Below, piece by piece: positions 29,437 to 37,776 of a stretch of DNA of 64,000 nt (the stretch's first letter is position 1; each line of letters starts with the position of its first letter). Made by a program: the position numbers and the translations under genes. The notes beneath the pieces were generated by a model. It worked only from the letters and a program-made list of their open reading frames with translations. It had not been told where the DNA came from and searched no databases. The DNA is taken from assembly GCA_049325535.1 (NCBI GenBank), contig JBMOKY010000001.1, positions 157,002 to 221,001 of the forward strand, read 5' to 3'. This DNA comes from Patescibacteria group bacterium. Its GTDB lineage: Bacteria > Patescibacteriota > Patescibacteriia > UBA10025 > JAHIVO01.

Positions 29437-30702
29437 ATGAACCGTCGAGTATTACTCATCATCGCTTTTATCCTGATCGTCATCGTGTTTGGCGCGCTGA
29501 TTTATTTCGTATTTTTGCGCGATCTCTTTGGCCCGGATACAAATGCAAATAATGCCAATACCCCGACCAATCAGGTGACCAATGGCGTACTGCCGAATAC
29601 CAACAGTGCGACCAATGGCGTGCCGGTCAATGGCCTGACCAATGTAAACCGGCTGGTGAACATCGAACCGACAACCAATATCAATGCCGGTCCGGATCAA
29701 ATCGCCCAAGGCGGGGAGACGCTGGCCGGGTATGTGGCCTCGGCTGATGCCGAGGGAGTGTCGACTACTCCGGATGGAAATGGCATCCGATTTTATGACC
29801 GGGATCAGGGACTCTTTTTCATGCTGGATTCGCTGGGTACGAAAGTAAAACTATCCGAGCAGCTTTTTCCCCAGGCGGAGAGCATCGTCTGGGCGCCCAA
29901 GAGCAACAAAGCCATCGTCACCTATCCTGACCAGAGCAAGATCGTCTATGATTTCGACCGACAGAGTCAGGTGACCCTGCCGCGGGAATGGACCGACGTC
30001 GCCTTCAATCCAAACGGCGACAAACTCGCTTTCAAAAATGAATCAACAAATACCGATGACCGGTGGCTGGCCATATCCAATGCCGACGGTTCCCAAGTAC
30101 AGGGCATCGAACCGCTGGGGGACAACGGTAATAATGTCGACGTGAATTGGTCGCCGACCGGGCAGGTGGTGGCCACCTATCGCGAGGCGCAAAATGCCAG
30201 CCAGCAAGAGGTTTATTTGGTCGGTACTCAGGGGGAAAATTTCAAATCAATCCCCACCGATGGCCGGGGGTTTGAGGGTACCTGGTCTCCCGATGCCAGC
30301 CAGCTGCTCTACAGCGTGTACAATGCCGATTCCCGCTATAATCCCGTGCTCTATCTGGTGGACGCGTCTGGGGACAGTACCGGCGGTAATACGGTGAATT
30401 TGGGTTTGCAGACGTGGTCATTCAAATGCGCTTTTGCCCACGGCAGCCCGGCCGCTTACTGCGCGGTCCCGCGTTTTCTGCCTGATGGTTCCGGTATCGT
30501 CCCGGAAGTCGCGACCAATACCAATGATCTCATTTACCGGATCAATACTGATACTGGCATCCGCACGTTGGTGGCTATGCCATCGCTTGCCTCGGGAAAC
30601 GAAAATTACACGGTGGTCAATGTCGTCATGTCAAATGACGATCGCCGACTGTACTTCACCGACGCCAATACCGGTAATATTTATTCGATCCAACTTCAAT
30701 AA
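29437..30702 (+). CDS. membrane-anchored TolB-like PD40 beta-propeller protein
   Basis: N-terminal TM LLIIAFILIVIVFGALIYFVFL. PD40-like blades DVAFNPNGDKLAF, VDVNWSPTGQVVATY, FEGTWSPDASQLLYSV. Confidence 0.6.
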   Translation: MNRRVLLIIAFILIVIVFGALIYFVFLRDLFGPDTNANNANTPTNQVTNGVLPNTNSATNGVPVNGLTNVNRLVNIEPTTNINAGPDQIAQGGETLAGYVASADAEGVSTTPDGNGIRFYDRDQGLFFMLDSLGTKVKLSEQLFPQAESIVWAPKSNKAIVTYPDQSKIVYDFDRQSQVTLPREWTDVAFNPNGDKLAFKNESTNTDDRWLAISNADGSQVQGIEPLGDNGNNVDVNWSPTGQVVATYREAQNASQQEVYLVGTQGENFKSIPTDGRGFEGTWSPDASQLLYSVYNADSRYNPVLYLVDASGDSTGGNTVNLGLQTWSFKCAFAHGSPAAYCAVPRFLPDGSGIVPEVATNTNDLIYRINTDTGIRTLVAMPSLASGNENYTVVNVVMSNDDRRLYFTDANTGNIYSIQLQ

Positions 30703-32168
30703 TGGTTCCCATGTCACACCGATTCCTCATCCTGTTCATCGGATTACTCGGCGTATGGTCAGTCGTGGGGGGAGTACTGCCAGCCGATGCCCAACAGGAG
30801 GCGTGCTGTGTCCGCGGACCGGGTGACTGCTATCAAAAGCTCGATTATGAAGACATCGCCGCTTGTGCCGGCGGGTATTCACTGCAATTGCAGGCCTGTT
30901 CGACGATAAAAACTTGCCAAGCGGCATCGACGACCCAAGTACTGTGCTGTGTGTGTCGGGCCGGTGTGGGGGATTACTCCAATGGAACGTGTTTTGGTCC
31001 CCAGACTCAGACGCAACCCTGCGGACCGTCTACCGCACCGTGCGAGCAGAGTACGGAGGCCTGTACAGAAATAGATTTATGCAAGGAGTGGGCGGCAAAA
31101 ACAGAGACCCTCGACATCCCGGAGGACAATCCCCGGCTGGTTTGGTTCACCCCGCAGGTGACTATTCCTGGTTCGCAGTTGTTTAATCAGGGAACTCCCA
31201 TCTCCATCACCGGAGCGACGCTCGGGGAATATATCGTAGCGGTGTATTTCTTCCTGGTGAGCTCGGCTGGCATCCTGGCGACGGTATTTATCATGTACGG
31301 CGGTGTCCGCTATATCATCTCATTTGGCAATCAGTCAAAAATCGCCGCGGCCCAGGAAACGATCACCTCAGCGCTGATGGGACTGCTCATCGCCGTGGCA
31401 TCATATATGATACTACTGACCATCAATCCGAATCTGGTGAAATTTGACGGTATCAATGCCGAGCGTCAATTTCCGGTGGTGCAGCAGGAACGGGCGCAGA
31501 TCACGGAAAAAGCCGCCGGGTATTCGGTCACGGCCAATGTCTCGCGTTTTGACGGGTGCCTGACCGAAGCGGCTACGCTCAATGGCGTCAATCGCGACTG
31601 GCTGAAAGCACTGATGCTGGTGGAATCCGCGGGCAACCCGTCGGCAAAATCGCCTGCCGGCGCCTACGGGCTGCTACAGTTGCTGCCGACCACTGCCCAG
31701 CAGTATTCACCGAGCGTGACGGCGCAGCAACTACTCAATCCCGCTATCAATATCAGGATTGCCGCCCAGTATTATAAAGATTTACTGTATCATACCTGTC
31801 CGACCAAAGCGAAATACAAGAGCGGCAAATCAGTCCCGTGCTATCCGGACCAGACCCAGTGCAAACGGGGAGACGTGAAATACGCCAATGCCGCCTATAA
31901 TGGCGGTGTGGGTGCCAACTGTTCCAGTGTCACCTGTCCGGGCCAGACCTGGTGGGAGTGCGTGGAAAATGCCGGTTATGCTGAGACGCGGAACTATGTA
32001 GTGAAGGTACAGGCAGCATATGATAAAATCCAGCAATCGAAGCAAAACCCAGGGCAGTTCCCGCTCTACGTCTGGCAGGATGCGGGCGCGCCAACATGTA
32101 ATGAGCTGCAGGCACAGCCCACGTCCATGGTGCCGATGCTCAGTTTTCCCCTGGTCTATACCATGTAA
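30702..32168 (+). CDS. secreted Cys-rich protein fused to the twin-helix hydrophobic module and a C-terminal SLT lytic transglycosylase domain (VirB1/PrgK-like)
   Basis: Signal peptide, a ~150-aa Cys-rich region, module AGILATVFIMYGGVRYIISFGNQSKIAAAQETITSALMGLLIAVASYMILLTINPNL, then SLT motifs LMLVESAGNPSAKSPAGAYGLLQLLPTTAQQY and AAYNGGVG. Confidence 0.75.
   Translation: MVPMSHRFLILFIGLLGVWSVVGGVLPADAQQEACCVRGPGDCYQKLDYEDIAACAGGYSLQLQACSTIKTCQAASTTQVLCCVCRAGVGDYSNGTCFGPQTQTQPCGPSTAPCEQSTEACTEIDLCKEWAAKTETLDIPEDNPRLVWFTPQVTIPGSQLFNQGTPISITGATLGEYIVAVYFFLVSSAGILATVFIMYGGVRYIISFGNQSKIAAAQETITSALMGLLIAVASYMILLTINPNLVKFDGINAERQFPVVQQERAQITEKAAGYSVTANVSRFDGCLTEAATLNGVNRDWLKALMLVESAGNPSAKSPAGAYGLLQLLPTTAQQYSPSVTAQQLLNPAINIRIAAQYYKDLLYHTCPTKAKYKSGKSVPCYPDQTQCKRGDVKYANAAYNGGVGANCSSVTCPGQTWWECVENAGYAETRNYVVKVQAAYDKIQQSKQNPGQFPLYVWQDAGAPTCNELQAQPTSMVPMLSFPLVYTM
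31265..31440 (+). repeat. copy B of the duplicated twin-helix module
   Basis: See 28517..28690. Near-identical 65-nt core, ~80% identity over ~175 nt. Confidence 0.7.
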
Positions 32169-32239
32169 GCGTCAATCCTATTCCGAAAATAACTACAATA
32201 TATTCTTGTTCAAACTGTGACGCCCAATTCCCCAAGTGG

Positions 32240-33529
32240 ATGGGGCGTTGTTCAGAATGTGGGCAGTGGGGTACCCTGGCTAAACATGAGGTGGTGCGCC
32301 AAGCGAAGCGCGGTGCAACCGCGCATGCCCCGGCCGGCACGGTACAGTCGCTCGCTGATATATCGAGTGAGACGGCGCGGCGCATCGTCACCGGCGTCAG
32401 GGAATTTGACCGGGTGCTCGGCGGCGGAATCGTGCCGGGGGGATTATTACTGGTGGGCGGCGACCCCGGCATCGGCAAATCGACATTGATCCTGCAGATC
32501 GGCGGTCGATTGGCGGAGGGTGGACAGGAGGTACTGTATATTTCCGGTGAGGAGTCAGCTGTCCAAGTAAAAGATCGGTTTCAGCGCCTCGGATTGAAAA
32601 CACCGAATCTCAAATTTCTCGGAGAGACAGATATCGACGTGGTGTGCAGTACGGTCCAGCAACAGCGACCGGCGTTGGTGGTATTGGATTCTATTCAGAC
32701 GGCTCATACGGCCGACGTGGATGCGGAGCCGGGGAGTATCGGCCAGCTCAGAGCCTCAACCGGTAAGCTCGTCGGCCTGTCGAAAGAGTGGAGCGTTCCC
32801 ATCATTGTCATCGGCCATGTGACTAAACAGGGTGCGGTAGCCGGGCCGCGTACCCTGGAGCATATGGTTGACGTGGTCTTGTACCTGGAGGGCGACCAGC
32901 ATCATAATTTTCGGGTACTGCGCGCGGTCAAAAATCGTTTCGGTTCGACGGCGGAGGTAGGGGTGTTTGATATGCATCAGGACGGCTTGCATGAGGTGAA
33001 AAATCCCTCGCAGCTATTTCTGGCGGATCGGCAGCAGCAGGCAGGATCGGTGGTGACCGCGGTCATCGAGGGTTCACGGGCTTTTTTGGTCGAGGTGCAG
33101 GCGCTGGTATCCCGTTCAAATTTCGGCTACCCTCAGCGGCGATCGGTCGGATTCAGCCTGAATCGGCTGCAAGTATTGATAGCGGTATTGATGAAAAAAG
33201 CAGGATTGTTCCTGGGTAATCAGGATGTTCATGTCAGCATTGCCGGCGGATTTCACGTGGCTGAGCCGGCGGTGGATCTGGCGGTCTGTATGGCTATCGC
33301 TTCGGCGTTTAAAAATAAACCCTTAGCCGCAACCACGGTGGTGATCGGAGAGGTGGGTTTAGGCGGCGAGCTTCGTTCTGTCAGCGGATTGGACAAGCGA
33401 TTAGAAGAAGCGAAAGCGCTCGGATTTACCGAAGTCGTTATGCCGGCGATGCGCCAGATGCGTGCACCGGCTGGATTACAATTTCTCACCGAATCATCGG
33501 CGAGCGATGCAATTCGCAATTACCTGTAG
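32240..33529 (+). CDS. radA: DNA repair protein RadA/Sms
   Basis: CSECGQWGT zinc-finger half, RecA-like Walker A GDPGIGKSTL, KNRFG motif (AVKNRFGSTAEVGVFDM) and a Lon-like C-terminal domain. The in-frame upstream codons encode YSCSNCDAQFPKW, the first CxxC, with no ATG/GTG/TTG. The true start is therefore probably a non-canonical codon near 32180-32200. Confidence 0.85.
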   Translation: MGRCSECGQWGTLAKHEVVRQAKRGATAHAPAGTVQSLADISSETARRIVTGVREFDRVLGGGIVPGGLLLVGGDPGIGKSTLILQIGGRLAEGGQEVLYISGEESAVQVKDRFQRLGLKTPNLKFLGETDIDVVCSTVQQQRPALVVLDSIQTAHTADVDAEPGSIGQLRASTGKLVGLSKEWSVPIIVIGHVTKQGAVAGPRTLEHMVDVVLYLEGDQHHNFRVLRAVKNRFGSTAEVGVFDMHQDGLHEVKNPSQLFLADRQQQAGSVVTAVIEGSRAFLVEVQALVSRSNFGYPQRRSVGFSLNRLQVLIAVLMKKAGLFLGNQDVHVSIAGGFHVAEPAVDLAVCMAIASAFKNKPLAATTVVIGEVGLGGELRSVSGLDKRLEEAKALGFTEVVMPAMRQMRAPAGLQFLTESSASDAIRNYL

Positions 33530-33532
33530 TAA

Positions 33533-35596
33533 TCACTCCAGATGGATGGTCTGATAGAAATCCCGGAGCCGTTTTTGAATATCGGGAAATTGTTTGAGTT
33601 CTGGGTCGACAGCAATCAATTGGGTAGCACATTCCTTTGCCTGCGCGATGATTGGGTAATCGGCGAGCGTGGCGATTTTTAATTCGGGAAAACCAGATTG
33701 CCTGAGGCCATATAATTCGCCCGGGCCGCGTAATTCCAGATCTTTTTCCGCGAGCTCGAAACCATTAGCACTGGTGACTAGGGCCTGGAGTCGTTCTGTC
33801 GTTTTTTCGCTGGTAGTTTCGGTAAAGACCAGACAATATGATTGGTGTGCGGCGCGGCCCACCCGGCCGCGGAATTGGTGAAGCTGGGCCAGGCCAAAGC
33901 GTTCCGCGCCTTCGATCATCATGATGGAGGCGTTTGGCACGTCGATGCCGACCTCCACCACGGCGGTAGCGACCAGTATATCAGTCCGATGCTGGGAAAA
34001 ATCATCCATTGCCTGCGTTTTGTCCGTCGCTTTCAGTTTGCCATGCACCAGCCCCAGGTGAAGGTCGGGAAACACCTCTTTCCGTAGGTGGTCGTATTCA
34101 GCGGTGGCGGCACGGACACCGAGTTTGTCCGATTCCTCGATCAGTGGACAGATGACAAATGCTTGTCGGCCCGCCGCTATTTCCTTACGGATAAATCCGT
34201 AAGCGGCGTCGCGTTTTTCCGGCGGAACGATATGGGTCATGATTTTTTTTCGGCCCGGGGGTAGTCGGAGGATGGTGCTGATATCGAGATCGCCATAGAC
34301 GGTGAGCGCCAGCGATCGCGGGATGGGCGTGGCGGTCATAGAGAGCAGGTGCGGCGTGGCGGCAGCGGATTTGAGCTTGAGCTGTTTGCGTTGGTCGACG
34401 CCGAATCGGTGTTGTTCGTCGATAACCACCAGGCCGAGTGAGGCAAATTCGACCGTGTCCTGAATCAGGGCGTGAGTGCCGATGACCATATGTACCGACC
34501 CCGCCTGTATGGCAGCGGCGATTGTTTGTTTGGATACTTGTTTGCCGTCCAGCCATCGCTGGCTGTGGGTCAGCAGAGCGACCGAGTTGCCTACATCTTT
34601 GGTAATACGTGAAATCGTTTGGTGGTGCTGGAGCGCCAGAATTTCGGTTGGTGCCATCAGTGCCGTCTGATATCCCGCGGCGATGACATTGAGCATGGCG
34701 ATAGTCGCCACCACTGTTTTGCCCGATCCGACATCACCCTGGAGCAGACGGTTCATCGGATATGCGTGTGTCAGATCCTTCAGGATAGTCCAGGTTGCCT
34801 GGCGCTGGTCCTCAGTCAGCCGGAAGGGCAGTCGTGCCACGAATTCTTTGGTTAGACTTTCATTAAATGCTATGGCCGGCGCGATTTCCTGGCGCACGCG
34901 GTGCCGCAATGACTGGGCCTGTAATTGTACCAGCAGAAGTTCATTGAATTTCAGACGGGTGCGTGCCTGCGCCAGTGTTTTTTTATTGGTAGGAAAGTGT
35001 ACCTCACGGAGTGCTTGCCCCAGAGATATCAGACCGTATTTCTTGAGTACCTCATCTGGCAGCCATTCGGGGATATGCTGAGCCAACGGCAGAATCATTT
35101 TTATGAGGTAGCGGAGCTGTTTTTCAGTCAGCCGCTCGGTGAGTGAATATATCGGGACAATCCGCGCCGTATGGGTCTGTTCTTTTTTCGCTTTTTCATA
35201 TGATGGGCCGGCCAGTTGCAATCCATATTGAGTCATTTCGGCCTTGCCAGAAAAATACGCGGTATCGCCCTGGGCGAGCAGTTTGGTGATAAATGGCTGA
35301 TTGAACCAGACTGCTTTGATACTGCCAGTATCATCAGATATGATCGCCTCAGTCACGTACATGCGCCGGCGGTATGCTCGTTTGTTCGCGATCAAGGTTA
35401 CCTGACCGCGGATGGTCATGACTACGCCCTGCCGTATGTCGCGAATGGGCACAATGCTGCTGTAATCGTCGTAGCGGAATGGGAAGTGCCAAAGTAAATC
35501 CTGCACGGTGTGCAGACCGAGCTTACTGAAGCGTTTGGCCAGCACCTCGCCGATGCGCGGGAGCTGGTGGATAGGGGTTTCAAGTGTGATCGTCAT
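33533..35596 (-). CDS. recG: ATP-dependent DNA helicase RecG
   Basis: N-terminal LPRIGEVLAKRFSKLGLHTVQDLLWHFPFRYDDYS, helicase motifs GDVGSGKTVVA and DEQHRFG, and C-terminal QLHQFRGRVGR. Confidence 0.9.
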   Translation of the reverse strand: MTITLETPIHQLPRIGEVLAKRFSKLGLHTVQDLLWHFPFRYDDYSSIVPIRDIRQGVVMTIRGQVTLIANKRAYRRRMYVTEAIISDDTGSIKAVWFNQPFITKLLAQGDTAYFSGKAEMTQYGLQLAGPSYEKAKKEQTHTARIVPIYSLTERLTEKQLRYLIKMILPLAQHIPEWLPDEVLKKYGLISLGQALREVHFPTNKKTLAQARTRLKFNELLLVQLQAQSLRHRVRQEIAPAIAFNESLTKEFVARLPFRLTEDQRQATWTILKDLTHAYPMNRLLQGDVGSGKTVVATIAMLNVIAAGYQTALMAPTEILALQHHQTISRITKDVGNSVALLTHSQRWLDGKQVSKQTIAAAIQAGSVHMVIGTHALIQDTVEFASLGLVVIDEQHRFGVDQRKQLKLKSAAATPHLLSMTATPIPRSLALTVYGDLDISTILRLPPGRKKIMTHIVPPEKRDAAYGFIRKEIAAGRQAFVICPLIEESDKLGVRAATAEYDHLRKEVFPDLHLGLVHGKLKATDKTQAMDDFSQHRTDILVATAVVEVGIDVPNASIMMIEGAERFGLAQLHQFRGRVGRAAHQSYCLVFTETTSEKTTERLQALVTSANGFELAEKDLELRGPGELYGLRQSGFPELKIATLADYPIIAQAKECATQLIAVDPELKQFPDIQKRLRDFYQTIHLE

Positions 35597-35693
35597 ATAG
35601 GTATTGTAACATAAACTAGTCTGGCGGAATAAAAAAACAAGGCAGTGCGGTGAGCGCTGCCTTGAATTTAGGTTTGTGCATATCCGGTCGATA

Positions 35694-36347
35694 TCAGGTC
35701 GCCGGGGTGAGCTGAACGGTCGAATCGACGACGGTCAGTCGGTGTACAGCCGTGATGGGCTTCCTTCCTTCCGTCAGTCGGCGATGGCCGCGTTCGTTGC
35801 GGTCGTAGGCCATGATCAGGTGTCCGTGGGCATCGCGGAAGGGTGTCCGTCCGCTGAAATTGATGCTCAGGGTGTATCGTCCGTCGACAGGCTCGTTGTT
35901 TTCGAAGAACGGGTTGCGATAGGCTCGTACATCCCAGATAGCCTCGCTGACCAGCCGGTCGTAGAGTTTGCTGCACCGGTTCAGGTAGTCGAGTGCCCCG
36001 TCCTCAATTTCGACCCGGTCTGCCGGTCCCCAGAAAAATCTGATCACCCAGAATTTTCCGCCGAATTCCATTTTCCGTTCTTGCAGGTAGGCGTCGTAGA
36101 GACGGTATCCTGCCCGTGTCAGATCATGGGGGAGTCCCTTACCGGACACCAGTCTGGTCGGTCCGATGAACTGAGTTCCGGGGATCCGTTTGCCGGTGAG
36201 TGGTACGGCTGCTTCTTCGGCGAGTTTTCGACAGGCCTCCGGCAACTTGCTGATTTCGGTAGTGTGGAACTGTACCATCACATGCTCGACAGTTTCATCG
36301 AGTAGGCCGTATACCTGCGTCGCCATGCTTGTAACCTCCTGTGACAT
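35694..36347 (-). CDS. hypothetical protein (217 aa)
   Basis: ORF with coding-like composition and no recognisable motif. Confidence 0.5.
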   Translation of the reverse strand: MSQEVTSMATQVYGLLDETVEHVMVQFHTTEISKLPEACRKLAEEAAVPLTGKRIPGTQFIGPTRLVSGKGLPHDLTRAGYRLYDAYLQERKMEFGGKFWVIRFFWGPADRVEIEDGALDYLNRCSKLYDRLVSEAIWDVRAYRNPFFENNEPVDGRYTLSINFSGRTPFRDAHGHLIMAYDRNERGHRRLTEGRKPITAVHRLTVVDSTVQLTPAT

Positions 36348-36465
36348 GCTATACCTCCGTGACTGTGTGACTGTATGGATAGTTGTTTTTGGGTACGATA
36401 GTAAGAACGAAACGAACAGAATACGATATCAGAAAATATCCCTGATGTCAAGGGGAGGGGTGGGT

Positions 36466-36542
36466 TGGTGCGCCCGGCAGGAGTCGAACCTACGGCCTCA
36501 AGCTCCGCAAGCTTGCGCTCTATCCAGCTGAGCTACGGGCGC
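36466..36542 (-). tRNA. tRNA-Arg (anticodon reads as GCG)
   Basis: Reverse complement folds as GCGCCCG-TA-GCTC-AGCTGGATA-GAGC-G-CAAGC-TTGCGGA-GCTTG-AGGCC-GTAGG-TTCGACT-CCTGC-CGGGCGC-A-CCA. Arg-type D-arm and encoded CCA. Confidence 0.8.
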
Positions 36543-36727
36543 ACGATGAGATGATATTGCGGGTTTCATTCCGTTACGCGACGGATCCACAACTCATTAT
36601 TTTTTTTCTCTCATTCTGATACGGCTGATGTTCTAGCCATATGAAATTCTCGATCTTTGCACTACTGTCTCATATCTGACATACCACGTCAAGCATGCTG
36701 TATCCATTTACTGACGATCGGTTGCTG

Positions 36728-37246
36728 CTATATTTTAAACATGCGGCCGAAACCGTCAGAAAATGATTCATTTTCTTTTTCCACGTCTTCGACGAGATGC
36801 TTGCCTAATATTTTTCGAACCTCAAGCGGGTTTTGATTCTGCAGGAACACCGAGAGCGACGGTCGGAATCCCTTAAATTCCAGATACAGCATCTTTACTT
36901 CTGGCGGTTCGTAAATAATCCAAAAACTTTTTATGTCTGACCATCGATAGTATGATCGGCTACCGAGCTGGATGCCGCGTTCACGAATCGCAATCTCCAG
37001 CTGGGCTGGTTTTCGGCGCCCACGGAGGTAGATGATCAGGCCAAATAGGAGAATCAGTACAAGGAAAAGATAGTTGTGCGTAATCAATCCAAAAATAACC
37101 AAGCCAATCGTTATACTGATGGCAATGACATACCACCAAAAACCGCGACGGTACGGAACAAACTCCGGAAATTCCCAGTGCAGTAAATCTGCGCCCAGGT
37201 CCGGTGGTTGTACCGTATTATTTTCTTCTTTTTGAACGTCGGCCAT
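36728..37246 (-). CDS. hypothetical membrane protein (172 aa, 2 TM)
   Basis: WWYVIAISITIGLVIFGLI and LFLVLILLFGLIIYL hydrophobic helices. Confidence 0.55.
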   Translation of the reverse strand: MADVQKEENNTVQPPDLGADLLHWEFPEFVPYRRGFWWYVIAISITIGLVIFGLITHNYLFLVLILLFGLIIYLRGRRKPAQLEIAIRERGIQLGSRSYYRWSDIKSFWIIYEPPEVKMLYLEFKGFRPSLSVFLQNQNPLEVRKILGKHLVEDVEKENESFSDGFGRMFKI

Positions 37247-37419
37247 AGTGATGGCAGATAAATGATTATGTATGCATTTCTGGCTGAGGCCGGGAGAATG
37301 TTGGCAACCCGTCGATTAGCTGCCGGCCTGCCTATTAAGGAGACCTCGCTCCAGATCTTCTCATCCCTACGCCCTGCTGGGGAGTTGCAGGATACTGCTC
37401 CTCATTCACTTTGTTCAAT

Positions 37420-37506
37420 CGGAGGCGGAGGGATTCGAACCCCCGAGACCGTTGCCGGCCTAACGGTTTTCAAGACCGTCCCATTCAACCACTCTGGCAC
37501 GCCTCC
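37420..37506 (-). tRNA. tRNA-Ser (anticodon TGA), type II with long variable arm
   Basis: Reverse complement GGAGGCGTGCCAGAGTGGTTGAATGGGACGGTCTTGAAAACCGTTAGGCCGGCAACGGTCTCGGGGGTTCGAATCCCTCCGCCTCCG. Anticodon loop CTTGAAA. Confidence 0.85.
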
Positions 37507-37512
37507 ATTGGC

Positions 37513-37650
37513 GGAGAGTGCGGGACTCGGTCACCCGTCAGTTGCCTGACGGCAATTGCGGTCGACCCCGCCTCGCGGTCTGCCCATAAGCAGACATTGC
37601 TCCGGCTTTCTCGTCCCGTCACCCCACACGTAGGTGTGGGGTTCACTCTC
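37513..37650 (-). other. tRNA-Ser-derived / tRNA-like structured element (~138 nt) with acceptor-like termini and non-canonical internal hairpins
   Basis: Reverse complement starts GAGAGTGAACCCCACACCTACGTGTGGGG and ends GGGTGACCGAGTCCCGCACTCTC. Its 3' end is nearly identical to that of tRNA-Ser(GCT). Internal hairpins include CCGTCAG-GCAA-CTGACGG (GNRA-type loop). Confidence 0.3.
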
Positions 37651-37661
37651 AAAAATAGATA

Positions 37662-37750
37662 CGGAGAGTGCGGGACTCGAACCCACAAGCGGCTTTTTAC
37701 ACCGCTACGGTTTAGCAAACCGCTGCCTTACCAATTCGGCACAACTCTCC
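37662..37750 (-). tRNA. tRNA-Ser (anticodon GCT), type II
   Basis: Reverse complement GGAGAGTTGTGCCGAATTGGTAAGGCAGCGGTTTGCTAAACCGTAGCGGTGTAAAAAGCCGCTTGTGGGTTCGAGTCCCGCACTCTCCG. Anticodon loop TTGCTAA. Confidence 0.85.
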
Positions 37751-37776
37751 ATGACGCTATGTAATCTGACGGCGTT

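Noticed and set aside
24512-32168. Integrative conjugative element or plasmid-derived conjugation module
   Set aside because: No relaxase, VirD4 coupling ATPase, integrase, transposase or flanking direct repeats. Neighbours are core genes (radA, recG, ribE/H). It is treated as a chromosomal T4SS-like system instead.
37252-37419. Possible small ncRNA (SRP RNA or other) between the membrane-protein gene and tRNA-Ser(TGA)
   Set aside because: It contains a 7-bp AGGCCGG/CCGGCCT stem but none of the conserved SRP helix-8, 6S or RNase P motifs. It is more likely promoter/leader sequence.
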